A stretch of DNA of 64,000 bases from Eledone cirrhosa (Eukaryota). Location: positions 111,042,001-111,106,000 of the forward strand of contig OZ024741.1 in assembly GCA_964016885.1 (NCBI GenBank). Reading direction: 5' to 3'. Both the position numbers and the translations under genes were made by a program. Below, piece after piece: positions 53,136-64,000 of the stretch. Each line of letters begins with the position of its first letter. Position 1 is the stretch's first letter. The notes under the pieces are model-generated. The model worked only from the letters and a program-made list of their open reading frames with translations. It did not search any database and was not told where the DNA came from.

Positions 53136-54203
53136 GCTCAAGTATTAATGTAAGGGAGATATAGAGAGATATAGAGAGATATATAGAGAGAAAAATTTAA
53201 AAATAGCCAGACATATTCGAGGCGTAGAAAACCCTATGTTTTAATGTATTAGTATTTATAAAACTTACACTATATTGTAAATATCAGTATTCCTGAATGA
53301 AACAAGTATTCACAATGCGTGAAAATTCATTATCTTATGTTTAGTTTTTAAAAAAAATTCATATGTCTATGTGAATCCAACTGATTCACTCCGCAAATTC
53401 AAAGTTACCGGAAAACATTCTCAATGTGGTATAAACATTTGAGCGTATTATTATTCTTGCGATTACTCTACAAGATTATCTATCAAGCAGAAATAGAGAG
53501 CAGATTTCAATATACTAATCGAAAATATATATTATATTATAAGCAGAGATAACAATAATAATGATAATAAGTAAAAATATATAAAAATATAAAAATATAG
53601 AATAGAAAACTAAAAAAGAATATTACGAAAGAATATTACATAATAAAAATATTGCATATTAAAAATACTACGTATTAAAAATATTACGTATTAAAACTTT
53701 ACATATAAAAATATTAAAAATAAAAATAAAATAAAATAAAAAATAAAAATATAAAAATATTATAGAATACTACAATACTAAAAGAATAAAAATAAAAATA
53801 AAAATAAAAATGAAAATAAAAAATAAACCACAAAGAACAACCCTTCAAGGTTAATTGACAATATATTGCCAAGTTCACTACAAGACAAAGCCAAAAATTA
53901 TCTATCAAATCACACCTAGCAAGGAATATCGCAAAAAAAAAAAAAAGGTTATGATGTCCAATAATGTCTACATATGTTCCTATATTTAATATATAAGTTT
54001 ATCAAGTGTAAGGTTAATTCATAAAATTTGGAGCATCGGCTTTTAGGGTAGCTTAATTTTTCATGAGGAATGTTTAGATAAAAATAAAAATAAAAATAAA
54101 AATAAATACAATAAAATAAACAGTAAAAAGAGGGAATCAAAGATTTAGGAATCAAAAGATTTATCGGCTAGTTCTCATATAAATATAAATCAAACTAAAT
54201 ATA

Positions 54204-56351
54204 CTACATTTTAAATTTAAATTTATATTTAAACGTTGAGTTTAATCTATGTTTGCAACAACTGAATAAATTTGTCCGTAGGTTAAGGGAATTTTTAGAT
54301 TTTAGTATAAAGAATATCTCCTCTGCGCAGAGGTCACATGTCTCAGAGGATGAATTAAAAGGAATCCCTCTTGAGACTATATTCCAAGCCGTCGAATATC
54401 TAACGTTATCTAGCTTAAGTTGCCAGAGTACACCTGATAGTGCCGTTGAAGATTTTTTATTTGGATCTGTGAAAGAATTCTTGTGGTTATTATAGCGAAG
54501 TTTAAATTCCGTCGATGTGGAACCGACGTAGTTAAAAGAATTAGAGTCAGTATTAACATTACAATTGTATACTATATTTTTAACTAAGCAGTTGTTATTT
54601 AACGGACATTTAGATCTATCTCTACAGTTACATTTGTTAACTTGTATATTATTTATGCTATTATCAGTAGGTTTTAAGTTCCTATTATTTATTCTATTAA
54701 TATTTTGTGCTAAATTTTTGGTGGATGAATAGGTTAATTTAATTGTATGCCTATTGAAGATTGAGTGGTACCTATGTGTTCTAGGGAAGCGATTATCAAG
54801 AGCTTTGAAAAATAATTTAGCGATGTGGGTTTTAATGTTTAGTGAGAAAGGGGGGGCAAACCAAATTATGTTCCTAGTTCTATTTCTTTTTTGTCCTTTG
54901 GAATTATTGTAATGCTTTCTATTATAGTTGTTAATGTTGTTGCCATAATTAAAAAAGTTGTTACTTTGTTTAGTTTGTTTATCATTATCTATGTACACAA
55001 TCTTATCAGCATACCCTGCCCTAGCTAGTGCATCATTATAGTATTGGGCCTTTTCGTCAAAAATCTTTCTATTCGACGAGATCCTAGAGATACGCTTTTG
55101 GACTGAGTTTACTATAGTGTTTTTGACAGATCTGGGGTGGTTAGAGTTAAAGTTGACATAGTTTAAGTTTTCATTCAACTTGTGAAAAGGATAGTGGAGA
55201 CATGTGTTGAGATTTAATGTTATATCTAGGAAATTGACTATTCTATGGTTGTTCTCAATTTCTATTTTAAGGTTAAAGTAATTAAAGAATTTTGTAATTT
55301 GTTTACATTTTCTATTTAGTTCAGGGTTATTATTATTAATGAGTAAAAGCATGTCATCCCTATATAAACCTCCGGTAGTACCAGGTATTTTCCTATGTAG
55401 CGAATTGATTAAAAATAAGCCCACAAGGTCAGTTACTTGAGCTGAGTCGGAAGATCCCATAGTTATGTCAAAATTGCTATCTCTATCTGCTCTGGTCCAT
55501 AATTTGTCATCAAATTCTATCAAAGTTTTCCTAGCCGATAATATAATATGCATTTCTTTGCTAGTTAGGTCCGTATGTTTGAATGCGTAATTTAGTGCCT
55601 TATTTAGTAGACTAGGGGTAATAGAAGAATAATAGTTAGCTATATCAAGTTGAATAAACCTATTATTATTGTCATATTTAATTTGCCTAAACCACTCAAC
55701 AACCTCTCCAGTTCCCTTCCACAAGCTCAGGTTAGATACATAATCCAAGTTCTTAATTTGCAGTATCACCCTGTCAAGAATGTTTTTGCTTAATTTGCCC
55801 AGGTCCGATTTTGAAGGTGCGATTAATCTAACTGGCAGGTCAATCTCAAAATTCCTCTTGTGGTCCTTCATATTGATCTTCGGTTTCCTGGGCACGAAAG
55901 GTTGTGTTCTGTTCTCAATTTCCAACTCATGCATTATACAAGATGCTTCAACATTCATTTTCACAAGTTCGGTCTCATCTGCTACCTTGTATTTTTTCCT
56001 CAGCTCTTTCAGTATGAGGCCATTATACATGTCTTTCTGCACTCCATAGAGGTTGTTGGTCTTGTCAGATTTCACCAAGATCTTCTCAGTTTTCTCTAAG
56101 CTCTCAATGTTATCCTTAATGCCTTTCAGATATTCCTGGCCTTTAAAGTTTCTCTTGAATTTGACCCCTTGTATGATAGAAATTATATCGTTTTCAAAGT
56201 CAGATAAAAGTTTGTTAGGGGGTGGATTTCTTTTAGATTTGAAAACTTTGTTTAAGTCCGAGATATTTTCGTCTGCATTAAATTTATCAAAGTGGAATGC
56301 ACGCCACCTGATTCTCCTTATAAAAGAGTCAGATTTATCTATTAGTTTTAT
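54204..56351 (-). CDS. Penelope-like RT plus GIY-YIG endonuclease; frame stays open 91 codons upstream of the annotated start, true start missing
   Basis: [40 protein letters not shown]-like [12 protein letters not shown]; [15 protein letters not shown]; IVY...YVGST...FKLRYNNH; CDLC.EE. Confidence 0.92.
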   Translation of the reverse strand: MKLIDKSDSFIRRIRWRAFHFDKFNADENISDLNKVFKSKRNPPPNKLLSDFENDIISIIQGVKFKRNFKGQEYLKGIKDNIESLEKTEKILVKSDKTNNLYGVQKDMYNGLILKELRKKYKVADETELVKMNVEASCIMHELEIENRTQPFVPRKPKINMKDHKRNFEIDLPVRLIAPSKSDLGKLSKNILDRVILQIKNLDYVSNLSLWKGTGEVVEWFRQIKYDNNNRFIQLDIANYYSSITPSLLNKALNYAFKHTDLTSKEMHIILSARKTLIEFDDKLWTRADRDSNFDITMGSSDSAQVTDLVGLFLINSLHRKIPGTTGGLYRDDMLLLINNNNPELNRKCKQITKFFNYFNLKIEIENNHRIVNFLDITLNLNTCLHYPFHKLNENLNYVNFNSNHPRSVKNTIVNSVQKRISRISSNRKIFDEKAQYYNDALARAGYADKIVYIDNDKQTKQSNNFFNYGNNINNYNRKHYNNSKGQKRNRTRNIIWFAPPFSLNIKTHIAKLFFKALDNRFPRTHRYHSIFNRHTIKLTYSSTKNLAQNINRINNRNLKPTDNSINNIQVNKCNCRDRSKCPLNNNCLVKNIVYNCNVNTDSNSFNYVGSTSTEFKLRYNNHKNSFTDPNKKSSTALSGVLWQLKLDNVRYSTAWNIVSRGIPFNSSSETCDLCAEEIFFILKSKNSLNLRTNLFSCCKHRLNSTFKYKFKFKM

Positions 56352-56355
56352 CTAT

Positions 56356-56398
<43 letters not shown>

Positions 56399-56604
56399 GT
56401 ATATATATATGTATGTATATATGAATATGTATATATATATGTATGTATATATGTATGTATATATATATACATACCCATACGTATGTATATGTGTATATAT
56501 ATGTGTATATATATATGTATGTATATATATACATACACATACGTATGTATATGTGTATATATGTATATGTGTATATATGTGTGTATATATATATGTATGT
56601 GTGT

Positions 56605-59600
56605 GTCAGGTCACCAGTTGGTGCTACTGGTAACATGTATCCCAGTACAACCTGTCTCATGGTCGGGTCGTTGGCGACTAAACTGGCAACCCCACCAAGG
56701 TTTCTTGGTGAGGAGGGTGGCTTTGGACATCCTGCAGGACTAAAAACAAAACCTGTCAAAAGGCAAAGGGGCTCTTAAGAGTCAATAGCCATCCAAAATC
56801 ACAGGGAGAGATGACCCCTTAGCCTTTGTCAAGGCAGAATTCTAGGAGAAGGAAAACTCTGATATAACACCTGCAACCCTGATGGTATCCAATGATGTTG
56901 AATTGTTCTTCTTTTTGGTAAATATCATCTTGGTTAAGAGAGTGGGACTGGCTTTGTGCAGTGCCTTTGCTCACTATAAAAGCTTCACAGCACAGGCATT
57001 GCTTTATATTTGGAGATCTCTCTACACTTGTCGTCACATGGTACCATGGGCCCAGCACTATGTGTCAATAATTGTCACAAGTGTAGTGTTTGTACCAGAG
57101 TTTTCAAGTCGCTGGCTGGACTAAAAAGTCACATTCGTTCAGCGCATTGGTAGGGGTTCTCTTACATGGATATAAAGTAGTGGCCGTACTCGAAAAAGAG
57201 TTGGCGGCCACCATATATATATATATGCATGTATATGTGTATGTATGTGTATGCATGTATGTATGTATATGTATGTATGTATGTATATATATGTATATAT
57301 GTATGTATATGTATGTATATGTGTATATATATATATATATGTATACAAAGGGCAAAGTAGCTCTTAAGAGTCAATGGCCATCCAAAATCACCGGGAGAGA
57401 TGACCCCTTAGCCTTTGTCAAGGCAGAATTCTAGGAGAAGGAAAACTCTGATATAACACCTGCAACCCTGATTGTATCCAATGATGTTGACTTGTTCTTC
57501 TTTTTGGTAAATATCATCTTGGTTAAGAGAGTGGGACTGGCTTTGTGCAGTACCTTTGCTCACTATAAAAGCTTCACGGCACAGGCATTGCTTTATATTT
57601 GGAGATCTCTCTGCACTTGTACCAGAGTTTTCAAGTCGCTGGCTGGACTAAAAAGTCACACTCATTCAGCGCATCGGTGAGGGTTCTGCTACATGGATAT
57701 AAAGTAGTGGCCGTACTCGAAAACGAGTTGGCAGCCACCATGTGTGTGTGTATGTATATGTGTATATATGTGTATATATATATATATGTATGTGTGTGTA
57801 TGTATATGTGTATATATGTGTGTATATATATATGTATGTGTGTATATATGTATGTGTATGTGTATATGTGTGTATGTATGTATATATGTATATGTATATA
57901 TGTGTGTATGTATGTATATGTACATATGTATGTATGTGTGTATATGTATATGTGTATATATGTATGTGTATGTATGTATGTGTATATATGTATGTATATG
58001 TATATGTATATATATATAAACTTTAATCTGTTATTTTAATAAATATATATATATATGTATATGTATATATATACATGTATATATATATATATATGTATAT
58101 ATGTGTATATATGTATGTGTATGTATGTATATATGTGTATGTATGTTTGTATATATATACATGTCAGGTCACCAATTGGTGCTACTGGTAACATGTATCC
58201 CAGTACAACCTGTCTCATGGTCGGGTTGTTGGCGGCTAAACTCGCAACCCCACCAAGGTTTCTTGGTGAGGCGGGTGACTTTGGACATCCTGCAGGACTA
58301 AAAACAAAACCTGTCAAAGGGCAAAGGAGCTCTTAAGAGTCAATGGTCATCCAAAATCACCAGGAGAGATGACCCCTTAGCCTTTGTCAAGGCAGAATTC
58401 TAGGAGAAGGAAAACTCTGATATAACACCTGCAACTCTGATGGTATCCAATGATGTTTACTTGTTCTTCTTTTTGGTAAATATCATCTTGGTTAAGAGAG
58501 TGGGACTGGCTTTGTGCAGTGTCTTTGCTCACTATAAACGCTTCACGGCACAGGCATTGCTTTATATCTGGAGATCTCTTTGCCCTTGTCGTCACATGGT
58601 ACCATGGGCCCAACACTATGTGTCAATAATTGTCACAAGTGTAGTGTTTGTACCAGAGTTTTCAAGTCGCTGGCTGGACTAAAAAGTCACACTCTTTCAA
58701 CGCATCGGTAGGGGTTCTCCTACATGGATATAAAGTAGTGGCCGTACTCGAAAACGAGTTGGCAGCCACCATATGTATATATGTATGTGTGTATGTATGT
58801 ATATATGTGTATATATGTGTGTATATGTATATATGTATGTATATATATATGTATGTATGTGTATATATGTATGTATGTGTATGTATGTATGTATATGTGT
58901 ATATATATGTGTATATGTGTATAAATGTATATATATATGTGTATATATATATATGTGTATATATATGTGTATATATGTATGTATATTCTTCAACCAGCCC
59001 TGACATCGCTGGCGTCAGGGCTGGTTGAAGAAGACGGCATGCGGTAGGTCGCCGCTTCTATGTCAGGTCACCAGTTGGTGCTACTGGTAACATGTATCCC
59101 AGTCAACCTGTCTCATGGTCGGGTCATTGGCGACTAAACTGGCAACCCCACCAAGGTTTCTTGGTGAGGAGGGTGACTTTGGACATCCTGCAGGACTAAA
59201 AACAAAACCTGTCAAAGGGCAAAGGAGCTCTTAAGAGTCAATGGTCATCCAAAATCACCAGGAGAGATGACCCCTTAGCCTTTGTCAAGGCAGAATTCTA
59301 GGAGAAGGAAAACTCTGATATAACACCTGCAACTCTGATGGTATCCAATGATGTTTACTTGTTCTTCTTTTTGGTAAATATCATCTTGGTTAAGAGAGTG
59401 GGACTGGCTTTGTGCAGTGTCTTTGCTCACTATAAACGCTTCACGGCACAGGCATTGCTTTATATCTGGAGATCTCTTTGCCCTTGTCGTCACATGGTAC
59501 CATGGGCCCAACACTATGTGTCAATAATTGTCACAAGTGTAGTGTTTGTACCAGAGTTTTCAAGTCGCTGGCTGGACTAAAAAGTCACACTCTTTCAACG

Positions 59601-60566
59601 CATCGGTAGGGGTTCTCCTACATGGATATAAAGTAGTGGCCGTACTCGAAAACGAGTTGGCAGCCACCATATGTATATATGTATGTGTGTATGTATGTAT
59701 ATATGTGTATATATGTGTGTATATGTATATATGTATGTATATATATATGTATGTATGTGTATATATGTATGTATGTGTATGTATGTATGTATATGTGTAT
59801 ATATATGTGTATATGTGTATAAATGTATATATATATGTGTATATATATATATGTGTATATATATGTGTATATATGTATGTATATTCTTCAACCAGCCCTG
59901 ACATCGCTGGCGTCAGGGCTGGTTGAAGAAGACGGCATGCGGTAGGCCGCCGCTTCTATGTCAGGTCACCAGTTGGTGCTACTGGTAACATGTATCCCAG
60001 TCAACCTGTCTCATGGTCGGGTCATTGGCGACTAAACTGGCAACCCCACCAAGGTTTCTTGGTGAGGAGGGTGACTTTGGACATCCTGCAGGACTAAAAA
60101 CAAAACCTGTCAAAGGGCAAAGGAGCTCTTAAGAGTCAATGGCCATCCAAAATCACCGGGAGAGATGACCCCTTAGCCTTTGTCAAGGCAGAATTCTAGG
60201 AGAAGGAAAACTCTGATATAACACCTGCAACCCTGATGGTATCCAATGATGTTGAATTGTTCTTCTTTTTGGTAAATATCATCTTGGTTAAGAGAGTGGG
60301 ACTGGCTTTGTGCAGTGCCTTTGCTCACTATAAAAGCTTCACGGCACAGGCATTGCTTTATATCTGGAGATCTCTTTGCACTTGTCGTCACATGGTACCA
60401 TGGGCCCAGCACTATGTGTCAATAATTGTCACAAGTGTAGTGTTTGTACCAGAGTTTTCAAGTCGCTGGCTGGACTAAAAAGTCACACTCGTTCAGTGCA
60501 TCGGTAGGGGTTCTCTTACATGGATATAAAGTAGTGGCCGTACTCGAAAAGGAGTTGGCGGCCACC
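56605..60566 (+). mobile_element. Head-to-tail array of five bipartite RTE-derived elements separated by (ATGT/TA)n
   Basis: Copies at 56605-57212, 57346-57739 (truncated and internally deleted), 58163-58770, 59062-59668 and 59960-60566. Confidence 0.92.
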
Positions 60567-60751
60567 ATATATATATGTATATATATGAATGTATATATGT
60601 ATGTATATATATATATATATGTATATGAATGTATATATATGTATGTATATATATATATGTATATGTATGTATATATGTTTGTATATATATATGTATATGT
60701 ATGTATATGTATATGTATGTATGTATATATATATATATGTATGTATATATG

Positions 60752-60784
<33 letters not shown>

Positions 60785-61185
60785 GTATGTATGTATGTAT
60801 ATATATATGTATGTATATATATATGTATGTATATATATATATGTATGTATGTATATATATATATATGTATGTATATATATATATGTATGTATGTATATAT
60901 ATGTATGTATGTATATATATGCATGTATGTATATATATATATGTATGTATATATATATATGTATGTATGTATATATATATATATATGTATGTATGTATAT
61001 ATATATATGTATGTATGTATATATATATATATGTATGTATGTATATATATATATATGTATGTATGTATATATATATATGTATGTATATATATATGTATGT
61101 ATGTATATATGTATGTATATATATATATATATGTATGTATATGTATATGTATGTATGTATATATATATATATGTATGTATATATG

Positions 61186-61218
<33 letters not shown>

Positions 61219-61605
61219 GTATGTATGTATGTATATATATATGTATGTATATATATATGTATGTATATATATATATGTATGTATGTATATATATATATAT
61301 GTATGTATATATATATATGTATGTATGTATATATATGTATGTATGTATATATATGCATGTATGTATATATATATATGTATGTATATATATATATGTATGT
61401 ATGTATATATATATATATATGTATGTATGTATATATATATATGTATGTATGTATATATATATATATGTATGTATGTATATATATATATATGTATGTATGT
61501 ATATATATATATGTATGTATATATATATGTATGTATGTATATATGTATGTATATATATATATATATGTATGTATATATATATATATGTATGTATATATAT
61601 ATATG
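60567..61605. repeat. About 1-kb (TA/TATG)n compound microsatellite
   Basis: Directly visible; source of the 330-390-aa Y/I/M/C ORFs. Confidence 0.97.
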
Positions 61606-61667
61606 TAAAACATTAAAAAAATAATGAATAAAACAATGAAACAGTTCCTTATATTAAACAAAAAAAG

Positions 61668-61810
61668 TTCATTATTTAACGATCGTTTCTAGGACATATA
61701 TGTGTTTGAATTGGCATGCATATTCAAAAGATCTATGTACAAAATTATATAAAATATCAAAGAGAATATACATACCAACACATATATATGCTGTTTTCAG
61801 AAATAATGAA
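61668..61810 (-). ncRNA. Hammerhead-like motif with very long stem II and a variant core
   Basis: ttcattattt-CTGAAAA-[about 110 nt, partly self-complementary]-GAAA-C-gatc-G-TT-aaataatgaa; perfect 10-bp stem I. Confidence 0.6.
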
Positions 61811-62059
61811 GTGTATTTATTGATAATAACAACAATTCAAAATTACAGGTCTGTTTGGGAACAGATTTTAAATAGACCAATGAAATACATAAAAATTCAT
61901 CAAGAAAATACAGTTAGGTGTGTGTATATATGTAAGTAACTTCGTTCACAGATATGCATAAAAATGTATGTTCACATGCATACGCATGTCGAAAAAGTGT
62001 ATGTAAATATAAAAATTCAGGGCTAATGTCTCTGTATGTTTATAATCCACAGACAAAAT

Positions 62060-62423
62060 ATACATACATATACATACATATATACACACATATATACACA
62101 CATATACATACATTCATACACACACATGCATATATACATAAACACACACATACCCACGAACACCCACACACACATATACACACACACACACACACATACG
62201 TATATATTATTATTATAACTATATGGATATTGAGGCGCACACATAAACACGGCCACATACACTTACATCTAGATGCAGAATTAAAAGTAGGTAAGGGAGT
62301 AAGTAATTAATGAGGGTATCAGACTCAGCATATTTATAAAAATGTATCTATAAATTTAGAAATAAAAAGAAATATAATAAAAGAAATAAACAAGTAACGC
62401 ATATACTCATACATATAAATACA

Positions 62424-62475
<52 letters not shown>

Positions 62476-62905
62476 CATATACACATATATATACATATAT
62501 ACATATACACATATATATACACATATACATATACACATATATATACACATACGCACAACACACATATATACATATATGTACACACACATACACACATACA
62601 TACACATACATATATATATATATACACATACATATATATATATACACATACATATATATATATATACGCATACATATACATATATATATACATATATATA
62701 CATATATATATACACACATATATATACACACATATATATACACACACACATACATATACGTATATATACATACACACACATACCCATGTATATATACACA
62801 CAACCACACACTCACACACTCAGACATACATAAATATAGAGACATACATACACACATATACATATACATATATATATACACATATATATATATATACACA
62901 TACAT

Positions 62906-62936
<31 letters not shown>

Positions 62937-63021
62937 AAAATAAATACACACAGACAATTATGCACATATATACACATACATACACACATCTCTACAAATA
63001 CATATACATACATACATACAC

Positions 63022-63103
<82 letters not shown>

Positions 63104-63200
63104 TCATACACACTTATTTACATGCGCACATATGTATTTTTATACTCACATACAAACACACAAACATACATACATACTTACGTACACATACACACATCCA
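62060..63200. repeat. (CA/TA)n compound microsatellites
   Basis: Directly visible. Confidence 0.9.
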
Positions 63201-63289
63201 AGCTTACAAATACGAATAATTATGGGGGGGGGGAAGGGGGATTAAAATTATTAGTGGGAAATAGTAAATATAGGTTTCAAGGAACGTAG

Positions 63290-64000
63290 AATATTAATCT
63301 GCATTTAAATCATAATATTTGTTTACATTAGGAAATGGTATTTGTAAGAAAGAAGGCTAAATTATGCATTTTAATATAAGTAGACTATTAATTATAGGTT
63401 AATTAAAGTAAAAATAGTTAATATATTAATATCTAAGGTGTATACTACTTAGGTTTATAATATTTAAAGCGGAATTTTGAAGTTAAACAGTAGTAGAGTA
63501 TTAATTATAGCATAACTAAATTAAAAATATTAACATGATGGTATCAATTTTAGGAAATGAATTTTGTAATAGGGAAAGCCAAATCAAGTATTTCATCGGT
63601 AGTAGAATATTAATTATAGGTTAACTAAATTAAAAATTATATATTAATTTCTATAGTATATGTTAATTAGGTTTATAATAATTAAAGCAAATTTTGTATT
63701 TTTTCTATAGTGGAAAATAATTATAGGTTAACTAAAATTAAAATTAATCTATATATTTATTTGTAAAGAATATATTAATTAGGTATATATTTAAAAGTTT
63801 TTCTCAGTTTATGATTACATGATATTCTGCAATCCATCTGTATTAGAATTTTAATTTTAAGCTAACTAAATTAAAATTATAGGTTAACTAAATTAAAATT
63901 AATTTATAAATTAATTTCTAAATTGTACATTAATTAGGTTTATAATATTAAAAAGTATTTCTCTGTTATTGATTACACGATATTTTGTTATATTTCATCT
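63290..64000. repeat. Degenerate AT-rich tandem repeat
   Basis: attataggttaa(c/t)taaa recurs near 63391, 63614, 63720 and 63876; period irregular. Confidence 0.6.

Larger units (their letters stand above)
52540..56355 (-). mobile_element. Penelope-like retroelement (probably Hydra group) between (TA)n tracts
   Basis: RT plus C-terminal GIY-YIG ORF, long AT-rich 3' region, hammerhead near the 3' end. Confidence 0.88.

Noticed and set aside
60444-63289. Long Y/I/M/C/H/T-rich ORFs (also at 4.5, 42.5, 50.4-52.6 and 56.3-59.9 kb)
   Set aside because: Translations of TA/TG/CA microsatellites.

Overview
AT-rich, microsatellite-laden animal DNA made almost entirely of transposon copies. The tRNA/Meta-domain SINEs, RTE LINEs and (TA)n/(ATGT)n tracts suggest a coleoid cephalopod such as Octopus; this is an inference. 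Transposons recognised: a frameshifted RepHel Helitron with several non-autonomous Helitrons, R4/Dong-type LINE 3' ends stacked in an (ATGT)n tract, an internally deleted young Gypsy element, a Buster-type hAT with 8-bp TSD, CRE and Tx1 fragments, a 955-aa open RTE LINE, a Penelope-like element with an open RT+GIY-YIG ORF, and many SINEs/MITEs. The only recognisable host coding sequence is the first coding exon of an RMND5-like gene (minus strand, 19312-19447), plus a possible multi-exon relic at 34.7-47.9 kb. I cannot demonstrate a new biological system. The best leads are: (1) four hammerhead-ribozyme motifs next to (TA)n tracts, one with a ~110-nt stem II; (2) a ~608-bp bipartite RTE-derived element present seven times, five of them in a head-to-tail array; (3) apparent (CATA)n targeting by R4/Dong-type LINEs; (4) a TIR element carrying CRE palindromes and a 21-bp antisense copy of the start-codon region upstream of the RMND5 exon; (5) a 27-bp CpG-rich array of NRF1-like motifs. 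All calls were made by eye; approximate boundaries are flagged.
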